Below are positions 8,471 to 16,326 of a DNA stretch of 30,172 nucleotides, in pieces (the stretch's first letter is position 1; every line of letters starts with the position of its first letter). Origin of the DNA: a virus (taxonomy: Duplodnaviria > Caudoviricetes); IMG/VR virus record IMGVR_UViG_3300005573_000937, positions 1 through 30,172 of that record. One strand, written 5' to 3'. Position numbers and translations under genes: made by a program. Below the pieces are notes generated by a model, which did not search any database, was not told where the DNA came from, and saw nothing but the letters and a program-made list of their open reading frames with translations.

Positions 8471-9652
8471 CTACTCCGGCACACGCCGGGGCGCCAGCAT
8501 GTATATGTGCTCGCCCTCGTGCAGCTGCGTTGCGCAGATACGGCCCAACGGCATGCCGCCACCGTCCACCAGGCCGATGCTCACGTGCTCACTCTCGACC
8601 GTGCCCAGGAACTCCAACAGCAATTGCACGCCGAGAGCGATCCTCGCCTGGTTCTCAGTGACAGCATCCACCGTGATTTCACACGAGCCCGTGCTCTCCT
8701 CGCCGCCGCTGAGCTTCAGCCCGCCGTCAGCACTCGGCCACTCAAGCCGCACCGAGCCATCTTTCGGCGCGACCTTATCAACGCGTTTGAGAGCGGCGAC
8801 GAGATCCGCCACAGCGACAAGACAATATGGCTGCATCAGCGGCAGGCTAAAGAAGTGCTGCCAGTTCGGATATTCCTCGGTGATCAATCGCGCCGTCACT
8901 TCGACGCGCAGATCAGCCTCACCATCACCCGTGATCTGTATCTTCGGTGTTTCCGTGTCAGCGAATAGGCTGATAGTGACGTCTCCCTTGCCGGCAAGCA
9001 CACGCTTTGCGGCCGCAATCGTCGGCGCCGGTACGGTGAAGGCGGCCTCGGAGATGCCAGGGGCGGGAATCACCGGCAGCGTCCGCGTGGCAATGCGGAA
9101 GTTATCCGCACCGACCAGACGCATCTCGTCGTTAGTGAGGACAAAGCGGACGCCGCTGAGGGCATTACCCAAGCTGGGGTTGCAGGCATACTCGACTTGG
9201 CCCAATGCGCGTTTGAACGCCGGCGCGGCTACCATCCATGTGCCGCGCCACTCCGTGACTGCTGGCGTCTGATAAGCGTCAATCCCGTCCGAGTCATCCC
9301 AGGACGCAGCCAGGCGGGCCTTGCCCCGGCCTGCCATGTAACTGAGCTCCAGGATAGATGGAGCCTCAGCGGCCACCTGGCCCTCAACGAACCCAGGGCC
9401 CAGCGCAGCAATCAAATCGCCGAACATGGGAGCGGCAAGCACGATCGCCCCCGTTTCTCTCTCACCCACGTCCGGTAATGACAGCACCCGCACACCAGTC
9501 TGGCCATCGGTGCCAGTCATCTCAAGCGTGCCGTCTGCCTGTACCCTGAGCAGCACTCCCGAAAGGGCGGGTATAGTCCGCGCCTTCCCGGCCACGGTCC
9601 GCACCGCCTTGAGCATGGCCAGTAATGTCTCTTGCCTGGAACTGAATCTCAC
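8471..9652 (-). CDS. dnaN: DNA polymerase III beta sliding clamp homolog
   Basis: 393 aa; TIPALSGVLL, MTGTD, LSGVRF, LVGADNFRIA, ARLITEEYPNW and C-terminal YMLAPRR match beta-clamp motifs. Confidence 0.88.
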   Translation of the reverse strand: MRFSSRQETLLAMLKAVRTVAGKARTIPALSGVLLRVQADGTLEMTGTDGQTGVRVLSLPDVGERETGAIVLAAPMFGDLIAALGPGFVEGQVAAEAPSILELSYMAGRGKARLAASWDDSDGIDAYQTPAVTEWRGTWMVAAPAFKRALGQVEYACNPSLGNALSGVRFVLTNDEMRLVGADNFRIATRTLPVIPAPGISEAAFTVPAPTIAAAKRVLAGKGDVTISLFADTETPKIQITGDGEADLRVEVTARLITEEYPNWQHFFSLPLMQPYCLVAVADLVAALKRVDKVAPKDGSVRLEWPSADGGLKLSGGEESTGSCEITVDAVTENQARIALGVQLLLEFLGTVESEHVSIGLVDGGGMPLGRICATQLHEGEHIYMLAPRRVPE

Positions 9653-9720
9653 TAGAATCTGCCTCCGCTTGCTGTTCTCGTCGGTGTCGGCTTGCTGACA
9701 CCCGCGCGACGGGGCCGGGA

Positions 9721-9872
9721 TTCTCGCAAACCTGCTCTCACAGCCCTTTGACGGTGTTCGCAGGTTTCTCGCAAGAATTCTCGCACGCCCCCCTTAAGTG
9801 GGGGGGGCGTGCGCGAATAACAATATTCCAATTCCCGCACGACCTTTGCGAGAATCTGCGAGAATGCGAGAA
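9721..9872. repeat. Candidate replication origin: inverted iteron array TTCTCGCA/TGCGAGAA
   Basis: TTCTCGCA at 9721, 9766, 9778 and TGCGAGAA at 9847, 9857, 9865 flank a 17-bp imperfect inverted repeat (9777-9793/9802-9818); directly after the primase-helicase gene. Confidence 0.65.
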
Positions 9873-11870
9873 TCATTCGCCCTCACCGACTTTCGAGTAA
9901 AGAAACGGGCTGTTTCGTGTGCCAGCCCCTTCTTGGCGAACTTTCCCGATTGCGATCAATCCCTTCAGGTCGTACTCGATGCTTCTTATCCCCGGCAGCG
10001 GCACAGCGGAATCAGCCGGCCAGGACTGCCGGATCGCCTTGCTTGTCACCGGCACCTTGCTGAGCAGGCTGAGGATCACTCGCTGCCTGTCAGCAACCGT
10101 TGCCTGGGCCTTCGTTCCCCTGACGGTGTAGCCTTCGTCGCCAAGCCCGATCACGACCTCGGCTGGTGTCTCCTTGAACCGGCTGAGGCCTAGAAGCACG
10201 CGCCTCGTGTCCTCGGGCTCTTCCGCCTGATAGCGGCCGAACTCCAGGATGATGTCTACGAATCCCGGCAGGGCCCCAGAGCCACGGGAGCTGCGCCCCT
10301 GGCCCATGGGCGCCTTGCTCGGGTGGTGAGCGACGAGGAGACTGGCGCCGGCTTCGGTGATGCGGTGGAACTCGACGATGACAGTGGTCATCATCGCCGA
10401 GTCGTTCTCGTCCTCGATCGGCGCCTGGCTGCTGAGCGGGTCCAGGATCACGAGATCGTACCCATTTGCGATGACGGCATCGGCTACGAAACGCATGAAC
10501 TGGCGCCAGGTCCGCAGGTCCGGTCGGCCGAGGAAGGGCCGGAAAATGAAGTGCACATTATCACTCAGGTCGAGCTCATCGCGGCGTTCGGCCCAGAGTG
10601 ACGAATGCTCTTCGGTGATAATGAGCACCTTCCCCCGTGCCAGCGGCATACCGCAGAACATGCCGCCTCGTTCCATCGCCTTCACTAAGTGAGTCAGAAG
10701 CGTGGTCTTGCCGCTCTTCCACAGTCCAACCAACTCGGTGACGGCGCCGCTGGCGAGGTAGCCCTCCCATATCCAGTTGACGTGATCACCGTTCGGGTCG
10801 ATCTGCGAGGCGGGCACGATCACCCAGCGCTCTGCCGGTTCGGGCGGCATCGGCGGGTCTTCGTCCGTCTCCGGGGTGACCGGCTCGGCGTCCTTGCTCT
10901 GACTGCCACCCACGGTCACCGTTGGCAGCCCTTCGATCGTCCAGGTGTTTGAGACCTTGGCCGCGATCCGCTTGTACTCGATCTCGGCCTGGCCATTGCG
11001 CCGGCCCGAGTACTTGTTGTACCCGAGGGCCTGATCGCGTTCCGCCAGGGCGGCGGCAATCAGGCTGGTGGTAGCGCCGGCAGCTCGCAGGGCCCGGCCG
11101 ATGTGGAACAGGGTCTCCGAACGGTCAATGGACTGCGCCTCGGGCAGCTCCTTTTCCTGGCCATCGGTGGCATCGATCACCCGCCTGCCTTCCCAAAGAG
11201 CCATACCCCAGGCGGCCAATCGTACCGGTGGTTCCGGTCCGGTAACCGTTGCTTCTGCGGCTGCCTCTAGCTCTGTTTGGGCCTGCATCCGGTTCTGTGC
11301 CATTTCCAGCAGCCAATCCGGCAGGGCTGCCGGCGGCACGTCGGCCGGATCGCCCTGTACTTCCCAGTCATAGCGAAATGAACTGGCATGCAGGCTCGGC
11401 GGGGCGACCACATAGGCACCTTCTGCCTGGAGATCAATGCCCTGCGCCAGTTTCAACGAGCGGAGTTCCACGCCCTCCGGGTAGCGAAAGAACCAGTGAT
11501 CACCCCCGCCGCCAGTCAAGCTGTGCATGGTTGGTGGCAGCTCACCATGCTCGCGTTCCAGGTCCCGCAGGCTGAAATCACCGCCGTGGCGCGGGTCCAC
11601 GTCGAGTGCGATCAGTCCAGACGCTCTGCCCAGGATGATGCCGATGTTCGCGTCAGGAACAGTCGCCCACCAACGCCGGATCGTGGCCTCGTCGGTCGTC
11701 GCGTCCTTGCGGCCGTGCGGCACAAGCATCCGGTGTGGATGCTTGCCGGCACTCTTGCAGTTATGCACGCCGCAGGCGCATTGCAGGCTGGTCTTGTGCT
11801 CGCCTCGCACCGGGAAGAGCGGGATCACGGGCCAGCCGCGCCGGGCATAACTGAGTGCCGCTTCGAGCAT
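9873..11870 (-). CDS. Bifunctional primase/polymerase (Prim-Pol) fused to AAA_25/RepA-like helicase
   Basis: AALSYARRGWPVIPL, GKHP, NIGI, LDVDPRHGG, YVVAPPSLH; Walker A GLWKSGKT, LVILDPL, HHPSK, SRGSGAL. Probable start MLEAAL at 11870. Confidence 0.9.
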   Translation of the reverse strand: MLEAALSYARRGWPVIPLFPVRGEHKTSLQCACGVHNCKSAGKHPHRMLVPHGRKDATTDEATIRRWWATVPDANIGIILGRASGLIALDVDPRHGGDFSLRDLEREHGELPPTMHSLTGGGGDHWFFRYPEGVELRSLKLAQGIDLQAEGAYVVAPPSLHASSFRYDWEVQGDPADVPPAALPDWLLEMAQNRMQAQTELEAAAEATVTGPEPPVRLAAWGMALWEGRRVIDATDGQEKELPEAQSIDRSETLFHIGRALRAAGATTSLIAAALAERDQALGYNKYSGRRNGQAEIEYKRIAAKVSNTWTIEGLPTVTVGGSQSKDAEPVTPETDEDPPMPPEPAERWVIVPASQIDPNGDHVNWIWEGYLASGAVTELVGLWKSGKTTLLTHLVKAMERGGMFCGMPLARGKVLIITEEHSSLWAERRDELDLSDNVHFIFRPFLGRPDLRTWRQFMRFVADAVIANGYDLVILDPLSSQAPIEDENDSAMMTTVIVEFHRITEAGASLLVAHHPSKAPMGQGRSSRGSGALPGFVDIILEFGRYQAEEPEDTRRVLLGLSRFKETPAEVVIGLGDEGYTVRGTKAQATVADRQRVILSLLSKVPVTSKAIRQSWPADSAVPLPGIRSIEYDLKGLIAIGKVRQEGAGTRNSPFLYSKVGEGE

Positions 11871-11956
11871 GTTCACTTCTTCAGCCACCAGGAGTGCGCT
11901 CCTTACTGGCAGGGGCGCGCGCTGGCATCCATCGGGTGACGCCAGCGCGCTGATCA

Positions 11957-12376
11957 TCAGAACGGCACGTCCTCAGACTCGACGTCCGCTACGACCGGGG
12001 CCGGCTTAGGTGTTGCCTTGCGCCGTGGTAGGCGGACCTTCTCAATGCGGTTGAACATCCCCTTGTCGGTGTCAGAGACCGAGACGTAGAGCATAACCTT
12101 TGTCCCAATCAGGGATTCCAGGTCGATCTCTTCACCCTTTTCCAGGGCTCGGCCGAGCATCCCTTCGACCCAGCCGCGCAGCTTGGCTTTGGGCGACATG
12201 GCTTTGCTGGCCAGGCCGCTCACCTCCGTGCCTCGGTTGTCCTCGTCGAGGAGCGAGAAAGTCATCTTGATGGTCGGTCCGAAACTCATTTCGAGCTCTT
12301 CGACTTTGGCGAGTTGGGCGGGGTATTCCCCCTCCTCAATCACCGTGTAATCCGTGGCGGTCAGTTTCATCGTCAT
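11957..12376 (-). CDS. Putative single-stranded DNA-binding protein
   Basis: Start MTMKL with AAGGAG RBS; IEEGEYPA motif, acidic C-terminal EDVPF; lies between nuclease and primase. Confidence 0.65.
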   Translation of the reverse strand: MTMKLTATDYTVIEEGEYPAQLAKVEELEMSFGPTIKMTFSLLDEDNRGTEVSGLASKAMSPKAKLRGWVEGMLGRALEKGEEIDLESLIGTKVMLYVSVSDTDKGMFNRIEKVRLPRRKATPKPAPVVADVESEDVPF

Positions 12377-12423
12377 TTTGTGCTCCTTTTGCCTTTTCCC
12401 ACTCTGGGTTTCGGCTTTTGGTG

Positions 12424-13104
12424 TTATCTCGCCCCGGAGTGATCCGGCCCGATCCGGTCCTCCGAGGCGCAAATCTGCTGATGCGGGCAGTAGTCGCACA
12501 GGATCGTCCTGTGGGCCGGGAATTCCCCGGCCTGGATACCGAGCCAGGCTAGCTTCATCGAACGCCAATGCCGCTCCAGGTACTCCTCTTCCACCGCGAT
12601 TGGCATCACCCGGCCCTGGATCGGGCCGTTGTTGCCACCAACCAGCAGGTGGAATTCCGCCCCGGTCGGTTCAATGCCGTTGACCTGACAGAGAAACCAA
12701 TACATCGCCGGCTGGAGCTCAGAGAGGGCACGCTCCAGCACCCAGTGCCGGCCGGAGGTCTTGATGTCAATGATCCGGCCGTCTTTCGTCAGGCAGTCCA
12801 GGTAACCCACCAGCGGCAGGCCAATGCCGGGCATCTCGCCACGCAGTTCCAGTTCCACTGCCGCTACCTCGGAGGGATGGACGGCGCCTTTCATGCGCCG
12901 ATACGTCTCCAGGTAACGGTATGTGCCGGCTACGGGCGGTTGATGCTCGCCTCGCCACCACGACTCGATTAGCCGGTGGATGCGCGTTCCCAGGTTCATC
13001 GCCCCGGTTGTCGGCTCTGCTAGACGGTCCAGGTAACGATAGCGCCAGCGACGCGGGCATTGCTGGTAGGTCTTGATGGATGAGGCGGACAGGTGATCGA
13101 TCAC
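12424..13104 (-). CDS. PD-(D/E)XK nuclease, RecB/AddB/Cas4-like with 4-Cys cluster
   Basis: HLSASSI..CPRRW, GTRIH, GYLD, IIDIKTS, QPAMY, CDYCPHQQIC. Confidence 0.88.
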   Translation of the reverse strand: MIDHLSASSIKTYQQCPRRWRYRYLDRLAEPTTGAMNLGTRIHRLIESWWRGEHQPPVAGTYRYLETYRRMKGAVHPSEVAAVELELRGEMPGIGLPLVGYLDCLTKDGRIIDIKTSGRHWVLERALSELQPAMYWFLCQVNGIEPTGAEFHLLVGGNNGPIQGRVMPIAVEEEYLERHWRSMKLAWLGIQAGEFPAHRTILCDYCPHQQICASEDRIGPDHSGAR

Positions 13105-13439
13105 TAGGCGGCCCTGCCGGGAACCTGGGCCAAGGGCCCACGCAATTCCTGAGCCAGGCGTGTCAGGCCACTTTCGACGGCAATGTTGGCCTGGACGCTC
13201 TCGTGCCAGGCACGCACGTCGCTACTGGCGCGGTCGCAGACTGCCTGGGCGCTTTCCACGATCTCGGCTGCCTCGGCCGGTTCGATTACGCCGTCCATCA
13301 GGGCGCTGCGCACAAAGCAAATCAGGAGCAGCGCGCTGTCATGCAGGTTCTTCGCTCGCTCCATGGCGCTCATCTCTTGGGCCGTATCGTCCAGGTGCAG
13401 ATCACTAATCCTTCTCAGTTCGCGTTCCAGGATTGTCAT
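13104..13439 (-). CDS. Hypothetical helical protein
   Basis: 111 aa, RBS GGAGG; ALMDGVIEPAEAAEI is reminiscent of phage CII-like regulators. Confidence 0.55.
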   Translation of the reverse strand: MTILERELRRISDLHLDDTAQEMSAMERAKNLHDSALLLICFVRSALMDGVIEPAEAAEIVESAQAVCDRASSDVRAWHESVQANIAVESGLTRLAQELRGPLAQVPGRAA

Positions 13440-13526
13440 CCCTGCCTCCGCATGTTATGCTTTGAGGACTGAGCGAAATCCGTTCTTGCCGGGGCTCTCC
13501 GTTGACGCGGAGAGCCCCGTTGTGTT
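13433..13526 (+). ncRNA. Candidate antisense sRNA unit (promoter plus terminator hairpin)
   Basis: TTGTCA(13433-13438)-17 bp-TATGCT(13456-13461) with extended TG, then hairpin CGGGGCTCTCCG/CGGAGAGCCCCG (13490-13519) followed by TTGTGTT. Confidence 0.55.
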
Positions 13527-13749
13527 AGCGGCTATCTGGCTTTTCCTGCTCTGCAGGCTGCTGCTTGAGCAGGGCAGGTCCTGAGTCTTCGTCCAATATC
13601 CACAAGGCAATGGTGGAAAGAGCGCACTGTTCCGATTCCACCATCCACCAGGCACAGTTCCGTCCGATGCACTCCCAGGCCGGCCAGGCCCCGAGTGGAT
13701 TCATCGCCATCCGCAGCGGGCAACGTCTCAGCATTGGCCGCCGGCTCAT
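13525..13749 (-). CDS. Hypothetical small Cys-rich protein
   Basis: CP...EC...CAWW...CAL pattern; ATGA overlap with the upstream gene. Confidence 0.55.
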   Translation of the reverse strand: MSRRPMLRRCPLRMAMNPLGAWPAWECIGRNCAWWMVESEQCALSTIALWILDEDSGPALLKQQPAEQEKPDSR

Positions 13750-14321
13750 GCTGGCACCTCGGTGATCTCACCTGTCTCGGCATCCACCCGACGCAGGAAC
13801 TCGCGCGTCTCCCGCTCAGCGGCATAATGCTCGCGCGTCCAGCGGGCGATCTCCTCTTCCGCAGCCTGGTCGGCTTCGAGCTGTTGTGTGGCTCTTTCCA
13901 GGTCGGAACTGATGACTGCCTGGGGAACCTCCTCTACCTCGACGCAAGCCGGCCGCAGAGCCTTGGCTGCCTGCTCGAACGCCTTTGTGTCCAGCTTCAG
14001 CAGCCGGAAGTGTTTGTTCTCGATCGCCCAGGCGATTGCCCGCTCCGGCTCGTAGTGTGTGCGGGCGACAAGCCGGATTGAGACGCCCGGAACCGTCTTG
14101 CGGATACCGGTCAGGCGGTACACCTCCTCGGCACTGTCGCGCACCGCCAGCTCCAGATCGCGGGCGCGATCGGCGAGGGACCGCTCTGCTTGGAGGAGTT
14201 CAGCATTCTCCCGGGCGAAAGCTTGGCGCTTTTCTTCCAGCATCTCGTGGATGCTGGCGGCTGAACGGCGGGCGTCCGCCAGAGCCAGAACGAGTGCGGC
14301 GATCTCTTTCTCGGTTTTCAT
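13746..14321 (-). CDS. Hypothetical coiled-coil protein (possibly Gam/Gp157-like)
   Basis: Start MKTEKE with GGAGGT RBS; long helical N-terminus, then PGVSIR; ends VDAETGEI. Confidence 0.6.
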   Translation of the reverse strand: MKTEKEIAALVLALADARRSAASIHEMLEEKRQAFARENAELLQAERSLADRARDLELAVRDSAEEVYRLTGIRKTVPGVSIRLVARTHYEPERAIAWAIENKHFRLLKLDTKAFEQAAKALRPACVEVEEVPQAVISSDLERATQQLEADQAAEEEIARWTREHYAAERETREFLRRVDAETGEITEVPA

Positions 14322-14527
14322 GCCACCTCCTTGAGGAGCGCGTTGATCTCCTCGATCTCGGCGATTGAGGCGCCCAGCTGCCAGGCTCGTTGTACCCAAT
14401 AGGCAGCCTGGCCCTCGACGAATTCCACGTCCGCCGCGTCCTCCGGCCATTTCAGGTTCTCGTAGGCCCAGATCAATTGCTCGGTCCAGTAACGGCAGGT
14501 TTCGAGAGCTTGCTCTTTCGTCAGCAT
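14318..14527 (-). CDS. Hypothetical protein
   Basis: MLTKEQALE..., RBS GAGGAG, ATGA overlap with the next gene. Confidence 0.55.
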   Translation of the reverse strand: MLTKEQALETCRYWTEQLIWAYENLKWPEDAADVEFVEGQAAYWVQRAWQLGASIAEIEEINALLKEVA

Positions 14528-14538
14528 GTCGCATCTCC

Positions 14539-14826
14539 TCAATCGGGCCGCTGGTAGCTACTCACTGCCAGGGCGCTCATCACCACGATGCCCACGAATG
14601 CTCCGACGACGAGACCGGCCAGAAATGCGATCATTCATCGCCTCCACAGCGCTGCTATGATTGCTCGGGTGAAGATCATCCCGAGCAGCAGAATCGCTGT
14701 CGCCAGACAGATCACCGCGATCACTATCTCCGTTCAGCCCTCCTTCGGCGGCCAGATGTCCCTGGCCGACAGCCACAAACTCACGAGCATTCCGAGGCCC
14801 AACAGGAGAATCTGCCATGTTGCCAT
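14539..14826 (-). CDS. Three tandem ~30-aa hydrophobic micro-ORFs (14734-14826, 14635-14724, 14539-14634)
   Basis: Each has a GGAG(G) RBS and a single transmembrane-like segment; below the ORF-track cutoff. Confidence 0.55.
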
Positions 14827-14940
14827 CTTCCGACCTCCGTAAGGCGATAAGCCGCACAATCTGCGGTGCGGCCTGAGCGACCAGGCGCAATCGCTGTGAC
14901 TGCGACAATGAAAAAGCCGCCAGCTGCCAGGTCTGCTCGC

Positions 14941-15219
14941 TCATGCGGCATCCTGACAGCGGCGGCTGGAATCCTTGCCGGTGATTGTAGAGGCGGGCCC
15001 TACGATAGTAGGGTTCTCGGCTAAAAAAAGAAGGATGTCATTCCAGAGGTCCGAATAACGAAATGCCAGGGCGCGGAGCACTTTCGGCCCTGGGCGACGC
15101 CTGCCAGCGACGATATGCGGCCAATAGCTGGCACTCAGCCCGAGGGCGCGGGAGAAATCACTGCGCGTTAGCCCCTCGGCGGAGCGTCGCTCATCGGCTT
15201 TCTCGATCAGACGGTTCAT
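14941..15219 (-). CDS. cro: Cro-like XRE HTH regulator
   Basis: GLTRSDFSRALGLSASYWPHIVAGRRRPG HTH; divergent from cI; first gene of the lytic operon; RBS GGAGG. Confidence 0.8.
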   Translation of the reverse strand: MNRLIEKADERRSAEGLTRSDFSRALGLSASYWPHIVAGRRRPGPKVLRALAFRYSDLWNDILLFLAENPTIVGPASTITGKDSSRRCQDAA

Positions 15220-15242
15220 CCGTCCTCCCCGTTCTCTATCCT

Positions 15243-15317
15243 CTACTATTGTAGTCCACTCGCCTACCATTTGTCAAGAGTCAACTTCAATCGTCCGACC
15301 TTGTGCTACAATCGTAG
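15243..15317. promoter_or_regulatory. Divergent lysis/lysogeny promoters with CTAC-N4-GTAG operators
   Basis: Minus: TTGACA(15272-15277)-18-TACAAT(15248-15253). Plus: extended -10 TGCTACAAT (15304-15312). Palindromes at 15243-15254 and 15306-15317 overlap each -10; a third lies at 15000-15011. Confidence 0.75.
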
Positions 15318-15353
15318 CGTGGCACTCTTGAGTATCAGTAGTCTCTAGGAACG

Positions 15354-15737
15354 ATGAAGATGACCAGGTTTGGTAACAGGTTACGGGAACTTCGGGAGGG
15401 GGCGCGGCTGACACAGCGGGAGCTGGCGGAGCGTGCCGGCGTGGATGAATCCTACATTGGCCACCTCGAAAGCGGCCGGCGCGGGCTGCCGTCGCTGACT
15501 GTACTCGACACGCTCAGCCGGGCTTTGGACTATCCGCTAGACCTATTGCTGCGCGATATTGGTGTGCGGCTGCCAGATCGGGGCGAACTGGAGGACTGGC
15601 AGGAAGAGGTGCTTAGGGCACTTGAGGCTCTTTCGCCTGAGGAACGAGCGCTTCAGATAGAGCAGATACGGCTGCTTGCAGCGGCTCGGAGAGAACAACA
15701 CCGTAGCGTCGCTGGAGGTCGAGGGCAATCCAAATAA
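15354..15737 (+). CDS. cI: CI-like XRE repressor without peptidase domain
   Basis: FGNRLRELRE..LTQRELAERAGVDESYIGHLESGRR HTH_3 motif; only 127 aa. Confidence 0.88.
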   Translation: MKMTRFGNRLRELREGARLTQRELAERAGVDESYIGHLESGRRGLPSLTVLDTLSRALDYPLDLLLRDIGVRLPDRGELEDWQEEVLRALEALSPEERALQIEQIRLLAAARREQHRSVAGGRGQSK

Positions 15738-15795
15738 GCTCTGCTGCCCCGAGGGTCGCGATAAGATCACGAACGTCATTGTCGGTTTGCGCCAT
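15613..15795 (-). CDS. Candidate SOS-regulated antirepressor (60 aa)
   Basis: RBS GAGGTG; has its own promoter and palindromic operator upstream; overlaps the cI 3' end in antisense. Confidence 0.5.
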   Translation of the reverse strand: MAQTDNDVRDLIATLGAAELIWIALDLQRRYGVVLSEPLQAAVSALSEALVPQAKEPQVP

Positions 15796-15823
15796 TCTTG
15801 CACCTCGCCATCCAGGCCTGGAT

Positions 15824-15872
15824 TAGCACATATGTGCTATGCCATTATACCGCTGCAGATGTTAGGATTCAA
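15824..15872 (-). promoter_or_regulatory. Sigma70-type promoter with LexA-box-like palindrome
   Basis: TTGAAT(15867-15872)-17-TATAAT(15844-15849), followed by the perfect palindrome TAGCACATATGTGCTA (15824-15839) at the expected start site. Confidence 0.65.
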
Positions 15873-15921
15873 TAGCCGAAATCGGTAAAAGGATTGCCGG
15901 AACCGGTAGTGGGAGGTCTCC

Positions 15922-16326
15922 ATGACGCCAGAGACGCCACAGCAAACTGCCAGGCGCAAGACTTATAACCTGGCGATCGGGGTGGTGGCTTTCTTGATAT
16001 TGGGTTGCGTCATCCTCGATCAGATCAACAGAATCCCAAAGCATGTGTCCTATGCCGTCACGGGCGATGCAACCCGGGCGCATGTCCATTATATGACTCC
16101 GACAGGAACGGTAGACCAGTATGTCTCGCTTCCATGGCAGAGCCAGGTTATGGCATTTAGCAGGTACGACAAAGGCAAGGTGGCTCTCATTGCCGCCGAC
16201 AACATGCAAGAGTTTGGTAAGAGAGTTGATGTGAAAGCGGTCGTGGATGGCCGGACCGTCTGTTTCGAAACGGGCAAGGAAGACCAAGGATACATAGATG
16301 CCGTATGCAATGAGCGGCTCTGGTAA
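15922..16326 (+). CDS. Membrane-anchored protein, MmpS-like (possible superinfection exclusion)
   Basis: One N-terminal TM helix; VSYAVTGD...VHY...VSLPWQ pattern; lies between cI and int. Confidence 0.6.
   Translation: MTPETPQQTARRKTYNLAIGVVAFLILGCVILDQINRIPKHVSYAVTGDATRAHVHYMTPTGTVDQYVSLPWQSQVMAFSRYDKGKVALIAADNMQEFGKRVDVKAVVDGRTVCFETGKEDQGYIDAVCNERLW

Noticed and set aside
9652-9876. 74-aa ORF between helicase and clamp
   Set aside because: It coincides with the iteron/palindrome array and is better explained as an origin, though translation cannot be excluded.
12424-13104. Cas4 adaptation gene belonging to the IV-B system
   Set aside because: It lies 5 kb away beside SSB and primase with no cas1/cas2; this is the usual phage recombination exonuclease context.
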